Positions 9,007 through 19,514 of a DNA stretch of 64,000 nt are shown piece after piece (the first letter of the stretch is position 1; each line of letters begins with the position of its first letter). Origin of the DNA: an uncultured Verrucomicrobiae bacterium (GTDB lineage: Bacteria > Verrucomicrobiota > Verrucomicrobiia > Limisphaerales > Palsa-1400); NCBI GenBank assembly GCA_963764165.1, contig CAVXRD010000001.1, forward strand, positions 1,536,001 through 1,600,000, read 5' to 3'. Both the position numbers and the translations under genes were made by a program. Under the pieces are notes generated by a model. It was not told the origin of the DNA and did no database searches. It saw only the letters and a list, made by a program, of their open reading frames with translations.

Positions 9007-10096
9007 CGTTTTCTACTTGGGTATAAAATTGTATTGGTTCGATTGACCCGTATGTGCTTCTGGCAGGTGCTTGATCGCGCAGCCAAATATTGATCCCGGC
9101 TGTGGCGTGGACGGATGCTCCACGGCGGCGGAGGGCGTTGGTCACCTTTTTGTGGGGATGTTTCGGCGCGCCATCTTTTGCTGCGGAGATATAAGCATAC
9201 CAATCTTTTGCATCCAGTCCTCGGACGCCTCCAAATAGACGATTGAGCACTGAGGGGCCGAGATTCCGACGGCTTCCGTGGTGTGGCACATCGAAGAAAT
9301 ATAGTCCCGCGAGCGAAATCCCGTTTGCGTCTACAAATGCAATCGCCGCCTGTAGCGCGGGAACGCCTGCATCGCCTGTGAACAGGAACTTCTTGTCATC
9401 CACATCAAGGGTGAAAATCACGGATGAATTATTCTCGGAACTTGTCGCGTCTGGAGCAGGCTCTTGGAGCTTTTCCGTGAACCAATTCTCCGAGACCCAA
9501 TTCGCAACCGTGGCTCCCAACGCCCTGAGTGCCTCCCCAAGACGTGCAGAAGTAGTTTGGATTTCAGTTCCTGGCATAAATCTGAATCCCGCGAGCATTT
9601 CTTGGTAAAAATCTTTTGTCGGCCCAATGACGCGTAGTCCAAGCCCGCTTGCACCGGCAAAAGGCTCGATAACGGGGATCCCCTTTTCCTTCGCGAGCTG
9701 TTCAATCTCTCGCACAGTGGAGAGATTCCGTTTGGCATTTTCCCGTATCGAATCGGTCGTCACGCGACCGTCATCCAAGAATTCTTTGACATCGCTTGAA
9801 TGATTCCAAGGCAAGTGCATCGCCAATTGTTTCACTTTCAGCCCCTCCAAGATGTTGCGCATTCCCGATGCGTGATCCGTATCGGCATGCGACAATATTG
9901 CAATGTCCACTGTGTCGGTCCCATAATACGTTTTGACATGCTTCACCAGTGCATCGCCGGATTCCAATGTTCCACCGTCGATTGTGACGACGGTCTGCTC
10001 ATTGCGTTGACCAAAGAGGTTGCCGTAGCGCAGACATACCGCATGTGCGCTTCGCTCACCATCGCCCGCCGCTAAATAATCGATTTCGTATCCCAT
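8999..10096 (-). CDS. Metallo-beta-lactamase-fold hydrolase (ComEC/Rec2-like nuclease domain, no channel domain)
   Basis: IDGG, SHADTDH, ENNSS, FTGDAG, VPHHGS, HP motifs. Confidence 0.88.
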   Translation of the reverse strand: MGYEIDYLAAGDGERSAHAVCLRYGNLFGQRNEQTVVTIDGGTLESGDALVKHVKTYYGTDTVDIAILSHADTDHASGMRNILEGLKVKQLAMHLPWNHSSDVKEFLDDGRVTTDSIRENAKRNLSTVREIEQLAKEKGIPVIEPFAGASGLGLRVIGPTKDFYQEMLAGFRFMPGTEIQTTSARLGEALRALGATVANWVSENWFTEKLQEPAPDATSSENNSSVIFTLDVDDKKFLFTGDAGVPALQAAIAFVDANGISLAGLYFFDVPHHGSRRNLGPSVLNRLFGGVRGLDAKDWYAYISAAKDGAPKHPHKKVTNALRRRGASVHATAGINIWLRDQAPARSTYGSIEPIQFYTQVENDD

Positions 10097-10097
10097 A

Positions 10098-10126
10098 TTG
10101 ACTTTATATATGTTATATCATAACAT
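10098..10126 (+). promoter_or_regulatory. sigma70 promoter TTGACT-N17-TAACAT overlapped by palindrome ATGTTAT-ATC-ATAACAT
   Basis: -35 at 10098-10103, -10 at 10121-10126, 7-bp inverted repeat 10110-10126, ATG at 10133 (likely leaderless). Confidence 0.65.
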
Positions 10127-10132
10127 GCACTC

Positions 10133-12619
10133 ATGCAAAATGCAATAAAAATCGATGAGCGCCTCCGTTTACTTCGTTCAAAGTTGAACCTGAGCCAAGA
10201 ACAATTGGCGTCACGTCTAAATATCTCATTTGCAACGGTTAATCGCTGGGAAAGCGGCAAGGTGAAGCCGCAAAAGGCTCAACTTGACTCACTCGATAAA
10301 CTCATGGGGGAAGCTGGCATTCAGGATGGAGATAAGGGCAATGTTGCGGAGGGTGATGGAGCTTCTGCGCAGCAGCCCCGCCGTCGTCGAGGGGTTGCAA
10401 AAAGCGCCGTGCTCGGAAACCGGGGCATGGAGCAGATGCTTTGGGACGCGGCATGCTCGATACGCGGCGAAAAGGACGCGCCGAAATTCAAAGATTATTT
10501 GCTCCCGCTGCTTTTCATCAAACGCCTGTCGGACGTTTTCGACGACGAAACGCAACGGCTCGCCGATCAGTTTGGCGACCGCGCCACCGCCCTTGAAGTC
10601 CTGGAAGACGATCACAAACTGGTCCGCTTTTACATCCCGCCCGAGGCACGCTGGCCGGTGGTGAGCGGACGCGAGGCGTTCAAATGGCCAAAGGACAAAA
10701 CGCCGAAGGGTCTTGGCGAACAACTCACCACGACCATTCGCGGCATCGTGAAACACAATCCGTCGCTCGCGGGCGTGATTGATATTGTGGATTTCAACGA
10801 AACCCGAAACGGCGAGCGCGAGATTAGCGACTCCGCGTTAAAGGGTATCATCGAAACTTTCTCTGACGCCCGCTACCGGCTTGGCTTGCACGACGTAGAA
10901 CCTGATTTTCTCGGACGCTGTTACGAATACCTTTTACGGAAGTTCGCCGAAGGCCAGGGGCAAAGCGCCGGAGAGTTTTTCACACCCACCGAAGTCGGCT
11001 TTCTAATCGCCGAAATAATGCGGCCACGACCCGGCGAGGAATGTTACGACTACGCTTGCGGCTCGTTTGGTCTGCTTGTCAAATTGCAAATCATCTGTCG
11101 CCGCCTCGATCCCCTTTCAAAAGTCCCGCTTAAGCTTTATGGCCAAGAACGAGAGGCATCTAGTTATGCCATCGCTTGTATGAACAGAATAATTCATGAT
11201 ATGGAGGGCCAAGTGGCGCGCGGTGACTCTATGCGCAATCCCAAATTCAAAGACAGCGATACCCGGCTGAAACAGTTTGATATTGTGGTCGCAAATCCCA
11301 TGTGGAACCAATCGTTTGATGCCGACGTTTTCGAAAACGACCCTTTTGAACGCTTCGAGGAGCAAGGCGGTGTCACCACCACCAAGGGTGATTGGGCTTG
11401 GTTACAACACACGCTCGCGGCGTTGAAAAATGCGGGGCGAGCAGCCGTCGTCATGGATACAGGGGCAGTCACGCGCGGAAGCGGCAGTAAGAACGAGGAC
11501 AAGGAGCGCAACATACGCAAATGGTTTGTGGACCACGACCTGATTGATGGCGTTATACTATTACCGGACAACCTCTTTTATAACATGAATGCGGCAGGGG
11601 TGATAATTATATTGCGTAAGCAAAAGCCAAAAGAACGAAAAGGCCGCATTTTTCTCGTGGATGCAAGCAGCCAGCGCCAGAAAGGCAATCCCAAAAACTT
11701 CATTCCAGAATCAAGCATCAAAACGATTGCAACAGCTTTTCATAAAGGAGAGGCAGTGGATGGATTTCTTTCAGTGATCACAAATCAGGAAGCATCCAAC
11801 AATGACTACAATCTTCATCCTTCACGCTTTTGCTCTACGACTGCAAAGAACACACACCATAGCGCAGATGCACTTAGAAAGGAGTTAGATGCCCTTGAAC
11901 TTGAGGCGACTTCAATTGAAAAAGGTTTAGCCAGAATCTTGAGTAAATTTAACGTTTCGATGGATATCGATGAAGCTCCCTTGCCAGATGATTGGCAGTC
12001 TTCTGTGCTCGAAACATTTTATCGCATCACAAAGAAGCCGAAGGGCCTTGCTCTGGACGGAATCGACACAATTCCGTTTATTCCAATGGAATTGGTTCCT
12101 GCCAAGGGGACTCATAAAACTCCATTTAATCTCAAAAAACGAAAGGATATCACGAGCGGCACATACTTTGAAAAAGGTGACGTTTTGCTCTCGAAAATCA
12201 CGCCTTCCTTTGAAAATGGAAAACAAGGCATAGCCGATGAAATTCCGAGTGCTTTCGGCTACGCGACCACCGAAGTGATACCCATTCACTCACTACCCAA
12301 TGTGAGCAACAAGTATTTTCTGTTCTATTGGCTCTTACAGCAATCGGCGCGCTCTTGGCTTGAGGCTAGAATGGAAGGAAGCACCGGGCGGCAACGTGTT
12401 CAGGAACATTCAGTTAAGGAGATTCCATTCAGTAAACCTCCTTTTGAGGAAGAAAAGAAGATTGCCGCCGTGCTAAGAAAAATTCAGCGCATGATTGAAA
12501 TTAGAGAACGACAGACTTTTCTTCTGCGAGAGCTGTTCAAGGGTTCATTGAATATCCTCATGACTGGTCGCGTGCGGATAAACGATCTCGACATTGATAC
12601 AAAGGATATCGAGTCATGA
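10133..12619 (+). CDS. hsdM: Fusion of XRE HTH, type I HsdM methyltransferase and single-TRD HsdS
   Basis: N-terminal [40 protein letters not shown]-terminal [28 protein letters not shown] (one TRD plus coiled region). Confidence 0.9.
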   Translation: MQNAIKIDERLRLLRSKLNLSQEQLASRLNISFATVNRWESGKVKPQKAQLDSLDKLMGEAGIQDGDKGNVAEGDGASAQQPRRRRGVAKSAVLGNRGMEQMLWDAACSIRGEKDAPKFKDYLLPLLFIKRLSDVFDDETQRLADQFGDRATALEVLEDDHKLVRFYIPPEARWPVVSGREAFKWPKDKTPKGLGEQLTTTIRGIVKHNPSLAGVIDIVDFNETRNGEREISDSALKGIIETFSDARYRLGLHDVEPDFLGRCYEYLLRKFAEGQGQSAGEFFTPTEVGFLIAEIMRPRPGEECYDYACGSFGLLVKLQIICRRLDPLSKVPLKLYGQEREASSYAIACMNRIIHDMEGQVARGDSMRNPKFKDSDTRLKQFDIVVANPMWNQSFDADVFENDPFERFEEQGGVTTTKGDWAWLQHTLAALKNAGRAAVVMDTGAVTRGSGSKNEDKERNIRKWFVDHDLIDGVILLPDNLFYNMNAAGVIIILRKQKPKERKGRIFLVDASSQRQKGNPKNFIPESSIKTIATAFHKGEAVDGFLSVITNQEASNNDYNLHPSRFCSTTAKNTHHSADALRKELDALELEATSIEKGLARILSKFNVSMDIDEAPLPDDWQSSVLETFYRITKKPKGLALDGIDTIPFIPMELVPAKGTHKTPFNLKKRKDITSGTYFEKGDVLLSKITPSFENGKQGIADEIPSAFGYATTEVIPIHSLPNVSNKYFLFYWLLQQSARSWLEARMEGSTGRQRVQEHSVKEIPFSKPPFEEEKKIAAVLRKIQRMIEIRERQTFLLRELFKGSLNILMTGRVRINDLDIDTKDIES

Positions 12620-15537
12620 GCACATTACTCGCAAACGAGGCCAGCACGGTTCAGTTTCCGCTCGTAAAGCACGCGGCGGAAATCGGCTGGACTGTCATAT
12701 CAGACGCCGAGGCACTTCGTCGGCGCGGCGGCGAAGCCGGTTTGTTTTTCGACAAAGAACTTGAAGACGCCTTGCTCCGCCTTAATCCCGACATCATCAC
12801 GGCGGAGAACGTGCAGTCTGTCATTCAACGCATGGAGAGCGTGCCGAACACCATTGAGGGCAACCGCGAAATTCTCGAATGGTTGCGCGGCAACAAAACG
12901 GTGTTCGTCGAAAGCGAGAAAAGGCATCGCAACGTTACGCTTTTAGATGTCAAAAACATTGACCGTAATGTTTTTCAAGTCACCTACGAATGGACATTCC
13001 GTGCGTTGAACAAAAAAGGCAATCGTGCGGACGTGATGTTTCTTATCAACGGAGTTCCAGTTGCCATAGTGGAAAATAAAAACCCAAAATTGCCGGATGC
13101 GACCGAACGCGCCATCAAACAACTTCGCCGCTACCAACTGGAAACGCCGGAATTGCTCACCATGTCCCAAGTGTTCAACGTGACGCACTTGATCGAATAC
13201 CTTTACGGCGTCACTTGGAATTATTCGCGCAAGGGCATCTTTGAATGGAAAACCAAGCGCGAAGAAACTTTCCGCAGCGCGGTTCAAGGATTCTTTGACC
13301 GGGGCATCTTTCTGAAAATGCTTGGCGAATGGATTTTATTTTTTCTCAAAGACGATGAATTGCAGAAAACTGTTTTGCGCCAGCACCAGACGCGCGCCGC
13401 TGAAAAAGTTGTGGAGCGCTGTGCCGACCCGAAAAAGAAAACTGGCCTTGTCTGGCATACACAAGGTTCAGGAAAAACTTTTACGCTCATCACGGCGGCA
13501 CGGCTCATTTTGGAAGACAAGGAACGCTTCCCCGGCGCGACGGTGATGCTTGTGGTTGACCGCAACGAATTGGAAGGCCAGTTGTCAGGCTGGGTCGAGC
13601 GACTTGTTGGTGAGGTTCACGGACGCGACATCAAAATTAAATACGCCGACAGCCGCGCAAGGTTGCAGGAATTGTTAGATCAAGATTTTCGCGGCCTTAT
13701 CATTTCGATGATTCACAAGTTTGACGAAATCCGAAAGGATTCATGCAAGCGTTCAGACTTTTTTGTGCTGATAGACGAAGCGCACCGTTCGACTAGCGGT
13801 GATCTTGGCAATTTCCTAATGGGCGCATTACCGAACGCGACGCTGATCGGTTTTACCGGCACGCCGATTGATAGAACGGCCCACGGCAAAGGCACATTTA
13901 AAGTTTTCGGCAAGGAGGACGACAAGGGTTATCTCGACAAGTATTCCATCCGAGAATCCATTGCAGACGGAACGACAGTTATGTTGCGTCACACGTTGGC
14001 GCGAAGTGAAATTCAGCTTCCCGAAGATTTGCTCGAAAAGGAATTCTTGAACATCGTCGAGAGCGAAGGCGTCAGCGACGTGAACGAATTGAACCGCATC
14101 CTTGACCGTGCGGTAAATTTGAAAGCGTTTTTGAAAGCCGACGACCGCGTAGAGAAAGTGGCACAATTCGTCGCAAAACACTTCAAGGAAAACGTCGAGC
14201 CGCTGGGCTACAAAGCATTCCTTGTAGCAGTGGATCGTGAAGCGTGCGCCCTTTACAAAAAGGCACTCGACAAGTATCTACCCCGAGAATACTCGATACC
14301 GATTTATACGAAGAATGCAGCGGACTCCATTGACCGCCCTCTTGTGGCACAAATGCAGTTGGACGAAACCGCCGAGAAGAAAGCCCGCAAAGCGTTTCCG
14401 AAGCCCGACCAATTGCCGAAAATTTTCATCGTCACCGACAAACTTCTCACCGGCTACGACGCGCCCGTTTTGTATTGTATGTATCTCGACAAGCCAATGC
14501 GCGATCACGTCTTACTTCAAGCCGTGGCGCGTGTGAACCGGCCTTACGAGGACGACAAAGGTGTTAAAAAGCCGTGCGGCCTCATCGTTGATTTCATCGG
14601 TATCTTGAAAGAATTGAACAAGGCGCTGGCGTTTGATTCTGACGAAGTGAGGGGTGTAATTGAAGACCTCGACATTTTGCTCGCTCGTTTCAAAGAGTTG
14701 ATGGAAGCCGCTGGCAAATCATACTTGGAAGCCGCTGGCACAAACGGCGGAAGGGACGTGAAGATCGAGAAACTGCTTTACGATATTTTCCTAGACAAGC
14801 AGAAGCGGCAGGAGTTCGTCGAGTTTTTCAAGGAGGTTGAAATGCTTTACGAAATCCTTTCGCCTGATTCCGCGTTGCGTGATTACATAGAAAATTACAA
14901 TAGGCTCGCTGACCTTTACGTCATGCTGAAAAACGCCTATGGCAAGAAAACGACGTTTTACGCAGACATCGCCCACAAAACTGAAATGCTTGTCCGCGAA
15001 AATGCCGCATCTCACGGTCTCGCCAAGATGACCAAGACGGTGGAATTTGACGCAGCGGCATTGCAGGCGTTGAAAGATAAAAAGGGTTCAGACAACGGCA
15101 AGGTAATCAATCTCATAAAAAGCCTCACTAAAAGTGCAACCGACCGAGGCGAGAAAGAGCCATATCTCATTTCGATTGCCGAGCGCGCCGAGTCTGTAAT
15201 GGGTGCGTTGGAAGATCGTCAGGTTTCCACGGCAGACGCGCTTTCGAGAATCGAAGGATTGATGCGGGAAAAACTGGCGGCTGAAAAAGTCCGTAAGGAA
15301 AGTGGGCTTGACCCCGACACGTTTGAGATTTTTTGGTTTTTGCAGCAGCAAGATGTCAAAGACGCTCTCCTTATTGCAAAGGAAATCAATGCGGTATATT
15401 CGCGCTTCCCCAATTCCGCCAGCAATGCGGACGAGCAGCGACAATTGAAAGCCGAGATTTACAAATCATTGCTCCGCGTCGTCAGCGGCAAGCGCATGGT
15501 TGATCTTGCGGAAGAGATTTTACGTCTTAAACAATAA
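12616..15537 (+). CDS. hsdR: Type I restriction endonuclease subunit R
   Basis: [13 protein letters not shown] nuclease, [36 protein letters not shown]. Confidence 0.95.
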   Translation: MSTLLANEASTVQFPLVKHAAEIGWTVISDAEALRRRGGEAGLFFDKELEDALLRLNPDIITAENVQSVIQRMESVPNTIEGNREILEWLRGNKTVFVESEKRHRNVTLLDVKNIDRNVFQVTYEWTFRALNKKGNRADVMFLINGVPVAIVENKNPKLPDATERAIKQLRRYQLETPELLTMSQVFNVTHLIEYLYGVTWNYSRKGIFEWKTKREETFRSAVQGFFDRGIFLKMLGEWILFFLKDDELQKTVLRQHQTRAAEKVVERCADPKKKTGLVWHTQGSGKTFTLITAARLILEDKERFPGATVMLVVDRNELEGQLSGWVERLVGEVHGRDIKIKYADSRARLQELLDQDFRGLIISMIHKFDEIRKDSCKRSDFFVLIDEAHRSTSGDLGNFLMGALPNATLIGFTGTPIDRTAHGKGTFKVFGKEDDKGYLDKYSIRESIADGTTVMLRHTLARSEIQLPEDLLEKEFLNIVESEGVSDVNELNRILDRAVNLKAFLKADDRVEKVAQFVAKHFKENVEPLGYKAFLVAVDREACALYKKALDKYLPREYSIPIYTKNAADSIDRPLVAQMQLDETAEKKARKAFPKPDQLPKIFIVTDKLLTGYDAPVLYCMYLDKPMRDHVLLQAVARVNRPYEDDKGVKKPCGLIVDFIGILKELNKALAFDSDEVRGVIEDLDILLARFKELMEAAGKSYLEAAGTNGGRDVKIEKLLYDIFLDKQKRQEFVEFFKEVEMLYEILSPDSALRDYIENYNRLADLYVMLKNAYGKKTTFYADIAHKTEMLVRENAASHGLAKMTKTVEFDAAALQALKDKKGSDNGKVINLIKSLTKSATDRGEKEPYLISIAERAESVMGALEDRQVSTADALSRIEGLMREKLAAEKVRKESGLDPDTFEIFWFLQQQDVKDALLIAKEINAVYSRFPNSASNADEQRQLKAEIYKSLLRVVSGKRMVDLAEEILRLKQ

Positions 15538-15884
15538 TGAAATCACGACACCAAAACGCTGTGCCGTTGGATCAACCTTTCAAAACAAAGGTGCATTCAT
15601 GGGCATTGAGAGTTCGTGTGAAGCCGACGCAAGTCCGCATTCAGAAAATGACTCGCAAATGGGCGTCATGTTCGACTCGCGGATGGATCAGCTTTTCATA
15701 CGACCTTTTGCTTGAGCCGCAACCCTTTCAAGATTATGTGGTCGTTCACGAACTGCTTCACTTGAAAGTCCGCAATCATGGCAAGCTTTTCAAAAGTTTG
15801 CTTTCAGCATATCTACCAGGTTGGAAAAAATTTAGCCTTGAATGTCGCGCTACAAGACCAGTAGGTTCAGGAGCGGTGAAATAA
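15537..15884 (+). CDS. Short YgjP/DUF45 (M48-like) zinc metallopeptidase
   Basis: RKWASCS, YVVVHELLH, NHGKLF; usual neighbour of hsdR. Confidence 0.85.
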   Translation: MKSRHQNAVPLDQPFKTKVHSWALRVRVKPTQVRIQKMTRKWASCSTRGWISFSYDLLLEPQPFQDYVVVHELLHLKVRNHGKLFKSLLSAYLPGWKKFSLECRATRPVGSGAVK

Positions 15885-15901
15885 ACTCACCAAACAAAAT
15901 C

Positions 15902-18589
15902 ATGCCAATTACCTTTAATGAAATTGATGTGGTAGATAACGGCGCTCAGTTTTCCAATGCCGATCTGCACGTTCACTCCTTCGGCGCTTCCCACGATGTC
16001 AAAGATTCCGCGATGACTGTGGAAGCCATCATTGATGAAGCCGTAAAAATTGGCATTCAAATTTTGGCTATCACCGACCACAACACAGATGCAAACACGC
16101 AGAAGAGCATTGATTATGCGCAAAAATATACTGGCCAGATTCTCGTGCTGCCCGGTGTTGAAATTACGACCGCACATGGCCATCTTCTTGTTTATTTTTC
16201 CCCGATTAAAGCCGCGAATGTCCGTAATTTATTAGCAAAGATAAATGTTGTCGGCAACCTCGGCGATCAAAACAGTCACACTGCCATGTCCATGGCTGAT
16301 GTGATCAAAGAAGCTGAGCTTTTGGGCGGCATCTGTGTCGCCGCGCACATCGATAGAGTAAAAACTGGCTTTGAAATGCAGATTCAAGGTTATCCCAATT
16401 GGAAGAAAGACATCATGCTGAGTCCTGGGCTTTACGGCTTGGAATTCGATATCCCGACAAATCTTGGTTGGTATTCAGATACGGACGAGCCGACCACAAA
16501 CGGCACGGAACGGAAGCAAATCGCCCGGACCAGGGCAAATGTGCCGCAAATCATGGGGCGTCCCCACTTGGCTCGCATTCAAGGGTCTGACGCACATACG
16601 CTCAAGATTTTCACCACAGGTCGAAGTGGCAAAATTCTTACGCGATTTAAACTCACCGAGCTAAATTACGACGCGTTTAGAACCGCTCTATCTGACCCGG
16701 AAGCTCGCGTCCGGGCCGTGGCAACAATTCCACGCACATTGCCTCGCATTCTAGGAATGAAGATAGCCGGGGGGTTTCTGAATGGAGAAACCTACCATTT
16801 TAGTGATAATTTGAACTGCTTCATCGGCGGCCGTGGAACCGGAAAATCTTCTGCGCTCCAAACGCTTGCGCACGGCCTGGGGCTTAACGACGAAATGAAT
16901 ACGCACGATAACTGCCCTGGGTCCGTAGTTGTATATTGTGAAGACACGAATGGAATCCGTTATCGGTATGAACGAATGCAGGGATCAAAGCCCGTTGTAA
17001 GGGCAAAAAATGACCTAGATATTAACGATGTTCCGATTGATGCTTTTCGAGTTGAATATTATCAGCAAGGTGAGTTGGCGGAAGTTGCAAAAAACCCTCT
17101 TAAAAACCCAGGCTTGCTTCAACAATTTTTGGACAGACACCTATTATTATCTGATCTCCTCGGCAAAGAGGAACAGTTGGTCACAGCCCTTGAACAAAAC
17201 AGTGCGCAGCTTATTCCACTTGAGGTCAGCGCCGGCCAACTCACTGGGAAAAAACAGATTCTCGCAGATATAAACAAGAAATTGTCTATCGCAGAGGCCG
17301 GAAAATTGAAGGACATAGCGGCCGAACAAAGTTGTCTGGCCAATGAAAAGAATTTTGCAATATCACTCGAACAAATCGGAAATGAGTATGCGCGCGGTTT
17401 AACCCTTTCAAATTTTGCCCGCGATTATGGAACAATCGAGGCCACCGTTGCCCCGCTGACAAATTCGCCCGCCTGTAACGCCACACTCCTCAAAATTAAG
17501 AATGCAATCGAAGTGGTGAACACATTCTTAGATGAAAAGGAAAAGGATATTAAGGCAAAATTTAACAGTGCATCAAAAGAGATTACGGCTGCATTGGCCG
17601 AGTTGAAACAGATCCATAGCCAGCTGGAAACACAATTGAACGTCAAAATAAAAGAACTCCAGCAAAAAGGTCTGTCAGGAAGTATTACCGAGCTACAGAA
17701 TTTTCTCACCCAAAAGGGTGCAGTAACGCTCGAAATCAATAAAATCAACACCCAGGCACCACAGTTGAAACAGTTGAGGCAGGATAGACAGCAATATTTG
17801 ACCGATCTCGAAAATCTCCGGGAGGAAATTATGAAACGGAGAAAAGGACAGCTAAATTCGATCAATCAAAATCTCGCCGCGACCATTGAGGATTACACGG
17901 TCTTCGTGCATTACGAGCCGAGTGGAATAATCGACGCGTTCAAGAAGTTTATTCTCGAGAAGATGCAAGGAACGTATTTTCAAGAAGACGCAGCAGAACA
18001 ATTTTGTTCCCATATTACGCCACCAGCACTTGCAAAATTTGTGCTCGATGAGAACTTTACTGAAATTAGTAATGTTACCGGCGTCACCAAAGAATGGGCG
18101 GGACAGATTTGCAAAAAGCTCCGATTTTATCAACAACTTCACGCGTTGGAAGTTATGTGGAAAACGCCATGTCCCATTATTTCTGTGAAAACGAAAGGCG
18201 CGAAGCCGAAAAGTATCCCGGTTAATCAACTTTCGGACGGCCAGAAACACACCATTATGCTGACCATCGCCATGCTGGCAGAATCAAACATTCCATTGGT
18301 GATTGATCAACCGGAAGATGATTTGGATAATGCTTTTATTTTTTCGGCCGTTGTCAAAGCACTCCGTTCGATTAAGGAGCGAAGGCAGGTCATACTCGTT
18401 ACACACAATGCTAACATAGCTGTTTTGGGGGACGCCGAATTACTTTTGCCAATGCGACGAAACGGTGATGGAGGAACCGCCTTCGATCTTGGTTCAATTG
18501 ATAAAACCGAAACAAAAAAGACAGTTTTGAATATTCTTGAAGGTGGAGATTTAGCCTTCCGGCGCAGACGTGAAATTTACGGTTACTAA
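15902..18589 (+). CDS. PHP phosphoesterase + ABC/SMC-like ATPase fusion (Ppl/TrlF-like anti-phage protein)
   Basis: DLHVHS, ITDHN, GVEI, AH, GSDAH (PHP); GGRGTGKS, LSDGQ, IDQPEDDLDN, VTHNAN (ATPase). Confidence 0.88.
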   Translation: MPITFNEIDVVDNGAQFSNADLHVHSFGASHDVKDSAMTVEAIIDEAVKIGIQILAITDHNTDANTQKSIDYAQKYTGQILVLPGVEITTAHGHLLVYFSPIKAANVRNLLAKINVVGNLGDQNSHTAMSMADVIKEAELLGGICVAAHIDRVKTGFEMQIQGYPNWKKDIMLSPGLYGLEFDIPTNLGWYSDTDEPTTNGTERKQIARTRANVPQIMGRPHLARIQGSDAHTLKIFTTGRSGKILTRFKLTELNYDAFRTALSDPEARVRAVATIPRTLPRILGMKIAGGFLNGETYHFSDNLNCFIGGRGTGKSSALQTLAHGLGLNDEMNTHDNCPGSVVVYCEDTNGIRYRYERMQGSKPVVRAKNDLDINDVPIDAFRVEYYQQGELAEVAKNPLKNPGLLQQFLDRHLLLSDLLGKEEQLVTALEQNSAQLIPLEVSAGQLTGKKQILADINKKLSIAEAGKLKDIAAEQSCLANEKNFAISLEQIGNEYARGLTLSNFARDYGTIEATVAPLTNSPACNATLLKIKNAIEVVNTFLDEKEKDIKAKFNSASKEITAALAELKQIHSQLETQLNVKIKELQQKGLSGSITELQNFLTQKGAVTLEINKINTQAPQLKQLRQDRQQYLTDLENLREEIMKRRKGQLNSINQNLAATIEDYTVFVHYEPSGIIDAFKKFILEKMQGTYFQEDAAEQFCSHITPPALAKFVLDENFTEISNVTGVTKEWAGQICKKLRFYQQLHALEVMWKTPCPIISVKTKGAKPKSIPVNQLSDGQKHTIMLTIAMLAESNIPLVIDQPEDDLDNAFIFSAVVKALRSIKERRQVILVTHNANIAVLGDAELLLPMRRNGDGGTAFDLGSIDKTETKKTVLNILEGGDLAFRRRREIYGY

Positions 18590-18730
18590 TGTTTGTTTTC
18601 ACTTGATCCGATTTTCCGCTATCGCTCCCAACGTGTTTGTGACATGCCTGTCCCCCCACATCACGGGCTACATACATGGTATGTAGGGGCTGACGCCCAT
18701 CACTATTGAATTGCACGGCTTAACCGCCGC

Positions 18731-18872
18731 ACCAACTAGCTCCCCAACGTGTCGTCGGCCAGGCCGACTGTTTGCTTTTTCCCTGCGGGCTTCGGGATAA
18801 CGGACATCTAACCGCTGTCCTTTACCAAAAATCAAACAGTCGGTCTAACCGCCGACACGTTGGGGCACTGGT
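18731..18872. repeat. Long imperfect inverted repeat (hairpin 1)
   Basis: ccccaacgtgtcg..ccgactgtttgcttttt (18742-18780) pairs with aaaaatcaaacagtcgg..cgacacgttgggg (18827-18865), 5 mismatches. Confidence 0.85.
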
Positions 18873-19119
18873 TTTTGGAAAAGGGGTTATCACCCCGACG
18901 ACCGGTCCGTTATCACGCAGCGTTCACGCATGAAGCGTGGAGGACGACGGGTTGACTGCCATCACAAGTTCGTTCGTGATGCCACGACCGACGACCGTCC
19001 GGAGAAAAAGCGCTGCCGCGCCGCAGGCGCGACCGATTTTCCCGTTGAGCACGAATTTGCCGATTTCGCCAAATCCAGCAGTCTTTGATCGAATCCCCGT
19101 TCCGGTAATCTTGACGCAT

Positions 19120-19353
19120 ATGAAAAACACAAACAAAGAGGAAGCAAATGTGCCCGGTGCGTCAGAAGCGAGCCATGAAAAGAAGGCCGACATTACGAAA
19201 CTGCCCCGCATGGAAATGTATGCCGTTTTGGGCTTGGAATTAAGTCAGAAGATTTTCGAAAAATTGATCGAAGTTGAGGAATCAGTTGAGATTTTGGCGC
19301 GCCAGAAGGCGCGGGAGTTGCATACCGAGCAGCCGGAAGCCACAGGCAGATAG
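19120..19353 (+). CDS. Small helical hypothetical protein between the two hairpins
   Basis: 77-aa ORF from ATG 19120; no motif. Confidence 0.5.
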   Translation: MKNTNKEEANVPGASEASHEKKADITKLPRMEMYAVLGLELSQKIFEKLIEVEESVEILARQKARELHTEQPEATGR

Positions 19354-19361
19354 CCCATTCG

Positions 19362-19514
19362 GGTTCCAAAACCAGCCGCCATTACCCCGCCTACTCGCAC
19401 CAAAAGCGGTTGTCGGCGTTTGCGTGCGGTCATACCCCGCACTCATGCCGCAACTAACTTTCAAACGACACGGGGAAGTTCGGTCCGGCGGGAGTGGCGG
19501 CTGGTTTTGGAACC
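19362..19514. repeat. Long inverted repeat (hairpin 2) abutting the VirD4-like start codon
   Basis: Perfect 20-bp IR 19362-19381 / 19495-19514 with nested inner stems. Confidence 0.9.

Noticed and set aside
8999..10096. Competence gene comEC or a beta-lactamase
   Set aside because: No ComEC membrane channel domain and no signal peptide; the context is defence-like.
18600..19514. Retron msr-msd or DGR interpretation of the long hairpins
   Set aside because: No reverse transcriptase ORF (YxDD in an RT context) in the window.
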